DNA of 64,000 nt, taken from assembly GCA_026770705.1 (NCBI GenBank), contig JANJGN010000013.1, positions 88,722,001 through 88,786,000 of the forward strand. Reading direction: 5' to 3'. Below are positions 37,866 to 50,982 of this stretch, piece after piece. Numbering within the stretch: the stretch's first letter is position 1; the number at the start of each line of letters is the position of its first letter. Source of the stretch: Isurus oxyrinchus (taxonomy: Eukaryota). Below the pieces are notes generated by a model, which was given only the letters and a program-made list of their open reading frames with translations, had not been told where the DNA came from and did no database searches. The position numbers were made by a program, and so were the translations under genes.

Positions 37866-39151
37866 GTGATTTTTTAATGCCTAAGGATATTATAATTTCA
37901 TATTTCAATGGGTGACCAACCAGTGATCAGCACTACCCTCCCATACCACTGTTACCTTCCAATTTAGCATAATGAGAAAGGGAGGAGGGTACAGCTGAAA
38001 TTTAACAGGTACAAATATGATCGCTATGTCATGTTTGCAGAAAGAACATTTGATCTACAAAAGCTGGGGAATTGAAGCATTTTCTGATAGTTTGAAAATA
38101 ACTTGAAATATTTCTGATATACAGCTTTACGACATAGAATGTAAAATAGACTCATAAGTTTCCTTCCCTATCCCTGTAACCTCCACCAGCCCTAAAACCT
38201 TCCAAGACCTCTGTGTTCCTCTAACTCTGGCCTCCTGAGCATCCCCGATTCGCTTCACCCCACCAGTGGCAGTTCTGCCATCCATTGACTGGGCGCTAAG
38301 CTCTGATCTGCTATTCAATTATATCATGGCTGATCTGTATCTTAACTCCACTGACTAGTCTTGCTTCCAAAAACTTTAATATGCTTGCCTGACGAATGCC
38401 TATCCGTTTTCAATTGACCTAGATTTTCACAGGCATTTGTGTGAAGAAGAGTTTCCTGGCATCACCTCCAACCAGTGGAACCAACAGAGACAGGAGACTT
38501 TATCCCAGCAGCCTGTGCTGGGTTTAAACAGTCCCAGAGGTGTCAAAGAAAGTCCAGTGTAATACTGCCTCACCCAGCCAATCATAGGCTTCCATTTTTA
38601 GGCGCCTGGCTGAGCTGGGTTTTTAGGCAATAACATGGAATGATCACTTCAGTTAAGCAAATGTTCATCAGTAGGTACTTGATGCATTAATTAAAGGACA
38701 TCTCCATCCTGATTATATGCAGATGAATTGAAAATTGCTCTGCATCATAGCCCATTTTTGTCATGTCTAACTCAGCAAGCTGCCTGTGCTGAATGCTGTG
38801 CAGAACTCAGCAGCATATTTTTATAAACATATCTTTCCTTTTTCCTCATGGGCTGTCACCTTGTTTGTGATGAAGCAGTGTTGGAGCGAGAGAGAGAGCC
38901 TGGTGCTTTAGGGGATTGATGCCATTGCAATTATGTAAGCAGCTGACTTGATTGACCATCGTCAGCCGTGCCTTCAGTTGCCTGAGCCCTGGAATCCCCC
39001 TCCTGATACCCTCCACCTTTTTACTTCTCTCTCCTCCACTAAGATACTCCTCAGTACCTACCTCATAGACATCTCCTTCCTTGTCAATTTTTATTTCCTG
39101 GTTATGCGCCTGTGAATAGCCTTATGATATATTGCTCAATTTAAAGATGCT

Positions 39152-39448
39152 ATAAGAACATAAGAACAAGGAGCAGGAGTAGGCAATTCAGCCCCTTGAG
39201 CCTGCCCCGCCATTCAATATGATCATGGCTGATCTCATTCGGCCTCAACTCCAATTTCCCGCCCCCTCCCCGTAACCTTTCAACCCGTTACTAATTAAAA
39301 ATCTGTCTATCTCCTCCTTAAATTTATTCAGCGTCCCAGCATCCACTGCACTCTGAGGCAGTGAATTGCACAGATTCACAACCCTTTGAGAAAAGTAATT
39401 CCTCCTCATCTCTGATTTAAATCTATCACCCCTTAGCCTAAAACTATG
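39152..39448 (-). mobile_element. CR1 3' end
   Basis: LRGDRFKSEMRRNYFSQRVVNLCNSLPQSAVDAG; taagaacataagaac terminal microsatellite. Confidence 0.88.
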
Positions 39449-40299
39449 TAAATACAAGTTGTTGCTGTTGGTTTTAATGAAGTGATAGAGACAATCTTAG
39501 TACTTCTACCACTTGGTGACCACTTAGCCAAGGCTTTTGGAAAGCGACACCAGCAACCTTTTACCATCAAGGGATGGTTCCACTGCGCCCAGCAGTTCTT
39601 GTTGGACTCGTTTATTGCCAAGTGCAAGAAGATCCAAAATTCTGTAGTCTCCTTTTCAATCATTCAATGGGTTCCCCCTCACTTAAATGTGTAACTGAAA
39701 ATGCTATTCAATATCATCTCCACTCCAGCCCCTGATCTCAGGGAGATGACAGCACTGTCTAACATTGTACAAGTGACACATCTCAGTCACTACATGTACT
39801 GGCTTCATTTCTAAAATCTATAATTTCAAGAAAGAATAGTAAGTGTGGCAGTAACAAATCCTTCTATTGCAGTCTGAAGATTTTGGGTGTTGGTCTGGAG
39901 CAAATTTGGCTCTGACTTTAGTGATCAGCCCTGGTAGATTGATGACTGTTGGAACTCCAGTTCTTTAGTGCAGTTGATGCACAGAAGAGTATAACAATGA
40001 AAGTAAATTATACCCTGATGGTAACACATTTACATTCTTTAATGAATCTATTAATGTCCTTGTGCCTAAAGGTACACATGAATGAAAAGATTTATCAGAT
40101 AATTATCTGTATCTTTCAAGATGTCAGTTGACATCTATTATAATCTTGTAAGGTTTGAACAGATTCACCCAAAATACCTATTTGGTTAAATAAAATGAAT
40201 TGCTTTCCATTGTCAGTAATGTTTCCAGTTAGAGTGTTTTAACTTGTGAAGTTTGGCATCAGTATAAATGGTAGCCTGCCTGTCATCTGTGGAACTGTG

Positions 40300-40925
40300 G
40301 AGCTGCATTTGTATAGCGCCTTTCACATCCCCAGCACATTTCAAAGCACAATGTACATTTGAAGTGGAGTCACTGTTGTGATGTCGGAAGCACAGCAACC
40401 AATTTACTTAAAGTAAGATACCTCAACAGTAACATGATAATGACCAGATGCTGTGATTGAGAGATAAATATTGGCCAGGACACAGGGGAGAACTCCCCTG
40501 TTCTTCTTCAAAATAGTGCCAAGAGATTTTTTTACATTTACCTGAGAAGGCAGATCTTTGGAATTGTCTACCCCAGAGAGTTGTGGATGCTCCATTATTG
40601 TGTGTATTCAAGACTCAGATTGACAGATTTTTGATCTCTCAGGGAATTGAGGGATATGGGGAGTGGGCAGAAAAGTGAAGTTGAGGTAGGAGATCAGCCA
40701 TGATTATATGGAATGGTGGAGCAGCCACCAGGGATTACTCCTGCACCTATTTCTTATGTTCGTAAGGGAGCCTCGGTTTAACGCCTCATCTTAAAGATGG
40801 CACCTCTCAGTACTTGACTAGAGTGCCAGCCTAGATTTTGTGCTTAATTCTCTGGAGTGTAACTTGAATCCACAACCTAATCGCTGAGGAATTGTAGCGC
40901 TATCCAATGGCCCACAGCTGACACC
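40300..40925 (-). mobile_element. Deu-domain SINE interrupted by a + strand CR1 tail (about 40556-40765)
   Basis: SINE reads ...gagaaggcaga | CR1 tail | gggagcctcggtttaacgcctcatc... and continues collinearly. Confidence 0.75.
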
Positions 40926-43889
40926 TTAAAAAAAAGACAAAGCCCCAGGATTAGTGATGAAAGTATCTCCTTTACTGATAGCTCGTCCTTAGTGTAGTTA
41001 CAGTGGATTTGAGTTCACTGCACACAACAGTCCATGAAGCTCATCGGAAGTGTTGAATGGTGCTCCTGTCAGATTGCTTTATTGTGTGACTGCCGTAACA
41101 GTGAATAGGCAGCTGAGCCCCTCAGACCAGCACTAAATGAACAGCTGTACAATTTTCATTATTACAGGTGACTAGCTCAGCAGTTTTTTTTTACCTTGCT
41201 TAATGTGACAAAGGTTAAGCAGGTTCCTTGCACGTGCTTCCACTTCCATGGGAGCTGCTATTCCTTTGGAAGGATGTGCAGATGTTTTGGCCAGGTCGGA
41301 ATTTAATACTCAATTTCCTCCAAAGTGGAATCAGTAGCTGGGAAGGCAGGCAAACAGCTGTCTTCTCTTTTTAACCTGCCCACCATCTTTTCCTGATGAC
41401 GAAGTATTAACTGGAGCTGCGAATCTGGCTCCAACGCTCCCACCCCATCCCCCACGCTAACCCACCTCCCCACCTCGCGCCCCCCCACCCCCACCCCCCC
41501 CCCCCCCCCCCCCACCACCCCCACCACCACCACCACCAAAAATTGCTGAGGAAATCTTGTTATCTGTCACTCTGCATTAATATTCACTTCTGTCTTTGAT
41601 TTGGTAAACAAGCCCTGCCCGCTGTCCACCCGCAACCCCCCCACCCCACCACCACAACCCCCCCACCCCCATAACTCTCCCCAGAATAAACACTGACCTC
41701 TCAGACTTAATTTTAGTAAATGATATATTTTTTAAAATTCCTCCACCTCATCGTGACCCAGATTTTTTTGTTATTATTGTCCCTCTCTCTATCATAATTT
41801 CTTTCTCTTCCCCCTTCTGGATTTTTTCTGCCCCGTGCGTACCCCTGGCTGCCCCAGAGGGCAAAAGTGTCACATCCTTTATTTTCACCCAGCGCTCTCT
41901 CTTTTTCTTTCAACCACTTCTGAGCTTTGTTGCCAGTGAATGCGCCGTGCAGTAGTAAGTGGCTGTCAGGTCGACTGTGCCTCCATTCAGAATGCTGAGT
42001 GATAGTTATTGGCCCCTGTAATGGAACTCAATTCAAACAGCAAATAAGCTTTGAACCAGTGGACTGGATACAGCAAGATGTCAGCAATTTAGTATGCATC
42101 AGCTCACTGAAGAGCATGTTTATTCTTTCACACACACTGGAGCAATCAGAGGAACAAACTGGGTGTAATTGGACTGAAATTACCTAAAATCACATTCCGA
42201 TTTACAAGCAAACTTCCTTACTTATGAGCATTCTATTTGCTATTGTTTGGGGAACGATATGGTGAATTGCAACATGAAAGAAAGTGCCTCATGTGGGATA
42301 TTCCCCCTGCCCACCCCCACCCCCCCCCATCCCAACCACATCTCCTGATTAAGAATTACTGGGTGGGGAAATTACAGTGAAGAATAGAGAAGTACAGCTG
42401 CAGAATATCATTGATGAAGCAAAAAATACTGTCTGAAAATAATAAACGGTTCTGGCCTTTGTTAAATCATGCTTAAATATAAAATTCATTACATAGCAAA
42501 AACAAAAACAGTTTCAATGGAAATCAGTGGTTAAAATTTGCTTCCCCAAATTAGAGCAGTAAATTAAGAAAAATATCATTCTGTTTCAAACCATGGATGT
42601 GAAATATGACTGTTAACTCCATGGTGGCTGATTGGAACTTTTGGTTAACAAAGCAAATCATGTTAGGAGCATCAGCGGGTTTGATGTTTAATCTGTGCTG
42701 AATTATTAGCTGCACTCAGCTGAGTTTCTGGTCAGGAATTGGACCAGTGTGCCCTAGGCTAGGCAGGGGAAAATAAAATCACCCATTGGACCCACTTGAG
42801 GTTTTATCATACGGCTTCCCACCACCAACTGTCTCTTTTGGTCTAACAGCCTTCCCCCATCACCCCCATCTTTGATATTTTTATAATTATTAAACAAAAG
42901 TGTTCAAAGAGTGAAAAAAAACTATGATTTTTCTCCAGAGTGTTGCTCACTGTGTTCTGGTTATTAATCATTAATTCCTGGAGACTCTGGGGCAATTCTC
43001 AAGGCTTGGTAGCCCCTGGAGCCACTTCTGATCCAGTGACGGCTCCTGCAGAGTGTAGGAGTGTGAGTGGTGTCTGGGGATTGGACTAGACTATCCAGTG
43101 ACCCCACTGAGCCAGATACCATCCTCACATCCGCTATTGAGGCATTAGATCAGGACTTCGGAAACTGTGGGTCATGACTCCCATTGGGGTCACATGATGG
43201 GATTTTGGCATCGCGAACTCTGAGGCAGAAATGGCTGTCCTGAAGTGCTCAGACTGATATCTGGCAGCTGTGAAGCCCCTTTATATTTTGTAGTTCTTTT
43301 TTTGTTGGCGGGCATGGTCTAATGGACTGCTCTCCAAGGCCTGATTGCTGCTGCTAAAAAAGGCCTGTGAATAGGTAAGTGTTCTTTTTTTCTCGTGACC
43401 CCACCACCCCCCACTCAACAACTGAAAGCCACCTCCCCTTGCCTTGCTGAAAAAATGAAGCCTCCCACCCCCACCCCTGCCCCACCTACTCCCCCAACTC
43501 AGTAATTCTTGCACCCTCCAAATTTTCACTCTGGGGGTCACACAAAGTGTGAGGAATTAAAATGGGGAGAAAGTTTGGGAAGCACAACATTAGAGTATTG
43601 GCATTTGGGCATTCTGGGGTCTTGAGAACCATTTCCACTTTGGTTGAGGTGGGGAGAACAATTCCAATGCACATACAAGCCAGTAAAATGATAAAACTAA
43701 GCTCCATACAGTGCCCAGAGATGTTCTTCTTTGTGCAAGGACTGCTATAAAAGGGAAGCTGTTGCCTTGCAGTCTTAAGCAAAGCCCTCGAAACTCAAGC
43801 TATTGATCTGGACACCATGAGCCAAAGGCAGGATTGCAGATTGTAGAATGGAGCAACAAGGTTAAGTGTCCTGGGAATGGAGTCACATT

Positions 43890-44936
43890 TGTTATGACCA
43901 GGTGAGGAGGGTCAAATGACTCCCCTCTGTGCCCTATCCTCATTTGACTGCAATAGGTTTTTTTGAAAAGAGTATAATTGCTAATTCAGTGACTACTTAA
44001 TTGTTCATGCGCTGCAATCATAAAAGAAACAACAGGAAAGCTTTTCTTGAGTTTAACAAAGAAAGAGGTTAGTTTTATTATACTTAAACTGATCTAAGTG
44101 AAATCATAAAATATACACTGACTTTTGCTCACGCACACCCTCGAAATTCACATACAGATTACAGAGTGGAGAAGGATAGGTTGGCCAGATTAGGGAGCTG
44201 TAAAAGAGTGCGCAGTCTGTAGCTTGTTGACTCGGCTGGCTTCAGGATGAATTTGATGGTCTCAATGCCTCTGATTTTAAAATCTAGAGGCCGGGTTGGT
44301 TGTTCTTTGGGAGATAGTGGGTGCTAGGTTTGATTCTCGTCTGCAGCAACATGTCCCTCGATGATCACTGTCAGCAAACAAGGCTCGAAGCTTACCAGGT
44401 GGGTTGGAGACAAAAAGGAGGGGTTCCATTTAGCTCTTCTCCCTAAGTTGCTTGTCCCCAAACTGCTGAGAAAACATGTGCTTAACACATACAAGAGTTG
44501 GCTTTTAATCTGACCTTCCTTTTCCAGCTGCCAGGGGAATTGATAAAAAGACATTGCCCATGTACTCCAAAGTGACTTGATTAGCTCATGTCTGGAAACT
44601 AACTTAGCCAGGGTCCCATTGTTGAAGCGATTAGTCTTAGTGACCCATCTCCAATTGTTGAATACCTCAGGTGATTGCCACAGATGCTTTGCTAAAGGGA
44701 CATGAGATTTGAGGTCTTGACACTCCCCTGAAGTCTTTGTCTTTGAGTTTTTCAGACAGGCTGACTCCACTTCAATTAACTGTAATGTGGAACATATAGT
44801 AATGCAAATTGGGGTTAGCCAACTTGGATTGTGAGTTCAAATCACTTTAGTTTCTGTGTTTTAAAAAAAAATTGTTTTTAAATTCCAGCTGGTGGATTAA
44901 AAATCATTATTGAGCATAAAGCAAATCTTCATGACA
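43890..44936. mobile_element. Solo LTR-like element (1047 bp)
   Basis: TG...CA ends with short inverted termini TGTTATGA / TCATGACA and a perfect 4-bp CATT duplication (43886-43889 and 44937-44940). Confidence 0.8.
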
Positions 44937-45284
44937 CATTATGCATTGACGTTCTTCATGAGGTATGAGCCCACACAGCAATGAACCTCTGAAGTTGGCA
45001 GGTTTATAGTTCAGAGCCCTGTCATATCTCAACCAGGTTTAGGTATGAAGTACATTCTGTGGGGTGCTGATAAACCAAATAATTATTGGTTGACTAATAC
45101 AAGCACCTTGACCCAAGGCATTGACTAATATATTGTTTTTGGTACATTGGAACCTTCCAGTACTTAAACAAATAAGCAGTTTTCATATTTGTGCTTTATC
45201 AATGAGTTCCTGCAGGATAGTTGATATTTGGAGTGGAAGGGGAATCATTGGCCAGCCTAACACTATACTCATACAACTTCTAAC

Positions 45285-45640
45285 ACTCAGTGGTAGCAGT
45301 CGTGCCTCTGAAGCAGAAGGCCATGTTTGCACTTCAGCACAGAAACCAGGCTGTTGGTTGATAGATAGATATCAACCAGGGAGATCGGGCTTACATCTCC
45401 AAAAAATGCTGCATCTCCAACAGTGCAGCACTTCCTCAGTACAGCACTGGAGTGTACCATCGAAACGATTGTGCGGTCATTTATCTCACTGCTGTTTGTG
45501 GGATCTTGCTGTGTGCAAATTGGCTGCTGAGTTTCATACATTACAATAGTGATTACACTTCAAATGTATTTAATTGGCTATGAATCACTTTGGCTTCTGC
45601 AGAGGTTAACAAAGATGTTATATGAATGCAAGTCCTTTTG
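45285..45640 (+). mobile_element. Deu-domain SINE
   Basis: ctcagtggtagca A-box head and ctgtttgtgggatcttgctgtgtgcaaattggctgc core. Confidence 0.72.
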
Positions 45641-45911
45641 CACCCTATCTGCCAGCTGACAACACAGAGAATGGCTAGCCCTGCCACAGCGAGGTGAAGG
45701 TGCTGGTAAAAATCCAATTAAGCAAAAGTCTGCAAAATAACTTGAAATTTCAAGTGCTGTAAAACGGAAGTAAAATGCTTCTGTGATTTGAGCACTAACA
45801 TAGTAAAGAAAGTTGCTTTTGGCGCCTGATCTTACATCAGTTTTCAACTCATCAGTTACCTGCCTTTGACTTTGAATATCTGAGTAATTGCCTTACTTGC
45901 CTTGGAACTTG

Positions 45912-46295
45912 GGACTTATGAGCAGGAGTAGGCCATTCAGCCCTTCAAGCCTGCTCTGCCATTTAATAAAATCATGACTGATCTGGTTATGGTCTCAACT
46001 CCATTTGGCCTCTGCCCTCCATAATGCTTGACTCCCTCGAATATCAAAAATCTATTTAACTCTGCCATGAATAAATTCAATGACCCAGCCTTGATTACTC
46101 TCTGGGAAAGAGAATTCCACATACTGACGACACTTTGAGAGATTTTTTTCCCTCATCTCCATCTTAAATGGTAGGACCTCCTCTTAAGCTGTAACCCCTG
46201 TCTAACCTCTCCCATAAGTGGAAACATCCTCCTGGTATCTACCCTATCCGTATCTTATATGTTTCAAAAAGATCACCTCTCATTCTTCTAAACTT
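45912..46295 (-). mobile_element. CR1 3' end
   Basis: WNSLSQRVIKAGSLNLFMAELNRFL on the minus strand with the shared tail. Confidence 0.85.
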
Positions 46296-46432
46296 CTTGG
46301 TACAAGCAATGTGAAGTGGACAATGCAGGACCCACAATGAAGCAATCCCGGTCAATGCAAAATTGCAGGGTTAACACCAACTATGGCAAGGAATGTGTGT
46401 ATTTATAAATGATATCCATTGCTCCATTACAG

Positions 46433-46579
46433 CAGTTGTATGCAGCCCAACTTGCTGCGATGCAGGTGTCTCCTGGAGCCAAGTTACATGGCATGTCGCA
46501 GGCCAGCCTGAGCAACACTCTCTCACCCAACAACATCCAGACAGAGAAAAGCAGAAACACCCCTCCACCCAAAAGCAAG
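46433..46579 (+). CDS. SOX5: SOX5 internal coding exon ([49 protein letters not shown])
   Basis: ccattacag acceptor; AAG|gtactg donor; 147 nt, phase 0-0. Absent from the ORF track in this frame and translated by hand. Matches SOX5 [15 protein letters not shown]...PPPKSK. Confidence 0.93.
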
Positions 46580-49500
46580 GTACTGTGATCATCTTCCAAC
46601 TTATATTGACTTGCATATAATTCCGTTTGTTCAGAATCGATAGAGACTTGTGATTTAAATTTTGACTTATTCCTTTTCAGGCTACAGGGATGAATTTTAT
46701 TCAAAATCTGTGGGGTGGGGGCTGAGAGGAATAACCTCAGTGGGAATGCTTCTAAAAATGGAAATTTCTTGCTTTTATTGGCAACATAAACATAAATGTC
46801 TTTATTTTTCTGAGAGATATTAAACTGAGGTTCCTCCTGCCTCTTTTGGTGAATGTATAAAAGATCCCATGGCATGATTGAAAGGGGAGCAGGGAATTCT
46901 CCTGGCTAACATCCATTCTTCATCCATCACCAGCCAAACAGATTAATGAGTCACTCAATTCCTGTGCTGTTTTTAGGACCTTGCTGTACAGAAGTTGACT
47001 TTCATGTTTGCCCATGCAACAATGGTGACTGCACATTAAAAGTAAGTCATTGGTAGTGAGGCCACTTGGGACACACAGCGGACATGAAAAGTACTGTATA
47101 AATGCTGGCTCTGTTTTCTTTGCAGAGTCCAGGAAAGGTCAAGCATTTTAGAATTTGTTATCATCAAAATTTTTAAAATGGAGCTCTTTAAAAGAAATCT
47201 GAGTTGCATCAACAAGGAATATTGTCAATATTTAGCTTTGAATAGCTTTAGCCTGTTGTCTGGTCTTTGAGGTAAGAGCACATTGGGCAAAGATTAATTT
47301 TGGTAATTATGTGTTGGAGAGGGACCTCCTCTGATCACTTTCCATTGAAATCATTAATGTATCTTTTAGAACATACTTATCAGAGATAATTGTAACCTAA
47401 CCTGCCAGGCAGAGATCTGCCAAAATCAGCATGGCTGACTGATTTACACCTCACCCAATTTGCTTTCCCTTAAAAGACAATGGAAGCTAAAATGGGGTGG
47501 AGTGTTTAATGGGCAGCCACTTCAATCCCATCACTTCCCTGATGGGTCCTTCAGAATAAACTTACCCCCATTGTTGTACTAGAGATAGCAAGATGGGAAA
47601 ACTGTTTACATTGTCATCAATACATGTGGACCAGAAGGTACAAACCCTTCCCCACTCCAGATGTTCAAAGCTCAGCTGCATGGCAACAGCACAAAATTTA
47701 GGATTTATTTTATGTTATTTCACAGGATGTGGGCATCACTGGCCAGGCCAGCATTTGTCGCCCACCCTTAATTGCCCTTGAGAAGATGGTAGTGAGTCGC
47801 CTTCTTGAATCGTTGCAGTCCATGTGGGTTATTTCTTTCTTTCTTTGTCTATTTCCGATCCCCTCCACCCAGCCCACCACCACTGCTCATTTCTGTCACT
47901 AACTCACCCGGTCCATTAACAGTAATTCAGCAGGTTGGGTGTGAACCTTACTCAGACCCTGGATTGGCGATGGTATTCTGAGCCACTGTTGCTCTATTGA
48001 CAGATGAACAGAAGCGGGCAATGTCCATGCGTCAAATCAGATAAGAAGTTCATTCTATCGTTCTGCTTAACAACGTGACTGAGCATTGACATTGTACTTT
48101 GACTATTGTCGAGATAATCTGGATATCACCTTCCCAGCAAGGTCGCTGACTACAAGCTCCAGTAATAATTTTCAGTCTAGAACTATCCTCCTATTAAAAT
48201 ATTTATTGTACTTTGTACATAGCAACCTTTGACCCCTCGAACGGATGTGTCTGTAGCTATCTAAGTGCTCTTGCATCGTTATCTTTTGTATTTATTTATT
48301 TATTTTTGTGTGAGGAATGCTGTTGCTGGGAAAACTAAATATTTTTTTACCTGTTGCTCTTGCTGTCGGTCTCTGACTCACAGGTCATTTACAGCAGAGA
48401 TTGTTGAAATGTGTGCTGTCATGCTCTCTCTGAGCAGCCCATTGTGTCTGTAGCTCATCACTTGACCCCGGTCACCACATTGCTGTTTGTTTGTGGGATC
48501 TTGCTGTGAGCTATTGCATTTTCCAGATTAGAACAGCGACTACACCTCAAGTGTACTTCATTGGCCGTAAAGCACTTTGGGATGCCTTGAGACTGTGAAG
48601 GTGCAACATAAATTCAAGTTTTTTTCTTTATTTTAAATCTACCCTCCCATGTACTGTTTAGGAAATTCCTTCCCCAACAACCACCCACCACCCCCCCAAC
48701 TCCTCACCCCACCTCTCCCCACACCAGAGATCCCTCTGAACAAGACTGCTAACTTGTTTTATGCAATAAGGATGAATACTTGTACTTATATTTTTGCAAT
48801 ATGAAAAAACATGGCAGCCAATCTTCACACAGCAAGATCCCACAAACTGCAATATAATAACAACCAGGGAATCAGTTAAGTGATATTGCTTGAGGGACTA
48901 ATAATGGCCAGGACATCAGGCTGGGCCTCAATTTAATCTTCTGCACAAGATGACACCCCTGACACTGCAGCACTTCTTCAGTACTGGACTAGTGCATCAG
49001 ATTAGATGCCTGTGCTCATTGGTGTGGGACTTGGACCCTCTGACTCAGAGGCGAGAGTCACTGCTACCCACCGAGCTATAACTGACAAGATTGACAAATG
49101 AGCCTTTTTTTTTGCTGTAAGTACTTTTACACTAGTTACCATGTTCAGACTTCCCTGACCTCACGTCTGATTTTGGACTCTTTTATTAATATTACCTGTC
49201 TCCTTTACATTTCTTCACCCACACCAGTTTCACACAGACATTATTTGTAAGAGGGCAGACATGCTATTTGTTCCAAGGCCTCTGTCAAGGCTGTTAACCA
49301 AAATTCTGTTGCCAACTTGCACAAGTCCTGTTTAACCATCAGCCCTGAGCTCGCTGACCTACATTGACTTCCAGTCCACCAATATCTCAATTTTAAAATC
49401 ATGTGCAAATCTCTCCTTGCCCCTCCCCTGTCCCTCTCACCTCCTCGAGCCCTGCTCCACCTTCCTCCAAATCTGATCTGTCTGCACTCCCCATATTCTT

Positions 49501-50499
49501 CACTCCAGCACAGCTGGCTGGGCTTCCAATCATCTTTGGCCTGAGCTCTGGAATTCTCTCCCTAACCTTATTGTCCCTCCACCCCTCTCTCCTTTAAGGC
49601 AATCTTTAAAACCAACCTCCTTGATCTAGTGTTTGGTCACCTGACCTCATGTCTCCTTCTTTGGCTGGTTGTCAGTTGCTGTCTAATGGAATCTCCTGTG
49701 AAGCTTTGGAAGTTTTGCTATATTCGTGTTATACAAGTGCAAGTTTGTGGTTGTTGCTGTTGAATCTGTTACCAACATATGTTGAAAGGCAAGCCTGGCT
49801 GACATGTCTACAGATTCCTCCTAGACAGCACAGCCAAGATTGGGAACTCCTGACATCAGGTACTGCGATATGATCAAATCGATTACTCCATCACATGCAT
49901 TGCCCATGGGGAGCACATTGTTGTAATCCCTCTTCCGTTATATTAATTTCTTATATGTTTCAACGCCGATGAGCCTTGTTTTTCTGTAAAAGTATATTAA
50001 AATCATAAGTTGGGAGCACTCTTTGTAGATAAAGAAATGTAGAACTCATTGTTTTTGTAGCTTTTGAGGGAGCTTGAAAATTTGTCAGCATGAGTAAACT
50101 CTGATGCTAAAAATTGATTCCACTGTGCATCCCTGCTGAAAGCAGGGCAGAGTTCAGTTTCAATCGAGAAGAAAATATAATTTGAAGATTGACAGTAGAT
50201 GAGATACATGCTGTGCTCCATTGATTTTTATCTAGAGAGATAAAATATGTATAGAATATTGTTAAAAGTTCTTGAAATATGTCTATGTATGTAATAGAGA
50301 ACAACAACAAAAACTTACATTTACGCAGAATCTTTAATATGAAAAAACACCTCAAGGCACTTCAAAGGGGAATTATTAAACAACATTTGACAGCAAGACA
50401 CATAAGGACTTATTAGGACAGGTGACCAAAAGCTAGGGCAATGAGATAGATATTGAGGAGCATCTTAAAGAAGAGAGGTGGAGAGGTTTGCAGAATTAC

Positions 50500-50982
50500 C
50501 AAATTCACAGCATTGTTACAGCACAGAAGGAGACCGTTTGGCCCATCATGTCTGCATCGGCTCTCCAAATGAGCATTTCACCTATTCCCATTCTCTTGCC
50601 TTCACCCCATAACTCTGCATATTGTTTCTTTTCAAATAATCACCTAATTCCCTCTTGAATGCTTTGATTGAACCTGTCTCCACCACACTCTCAGGCAGTG
50701 CATTCCAGACCCTAACGACTTGCTGTGTGAAAAGATTTTTCTTTATTTTGCTTTTGCTTCTTTTGCCAATTACTTTAAATCTGTGCCCTCTTCACTCTTG
50801 ATTTTTTCACAAGTGGGAACAGTTTCTCCCAATCTACTCTGTCCAGACCCCTCATGATTTTGAAAGCCGCTATCAAATCTCCTCTCAGCCTTCTTTTCCC
50901 CAAGGAAAAACGTCCCAACTTCTCCAATCTATCTCCATAACTGACGTTTCCAATCCCTGGAACCATTCTCACGAACCTCTTA
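50500..50982 (-). mobile_element. CR1 3' fragment inserted in an L2-like tail (about 50310-51140)
   Basis: RFVRMVPGIGNVSYGDRLEKLGRFSLGKRRLRGDLIAAFKIMRGLDRVD. Confidence 0.85.
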
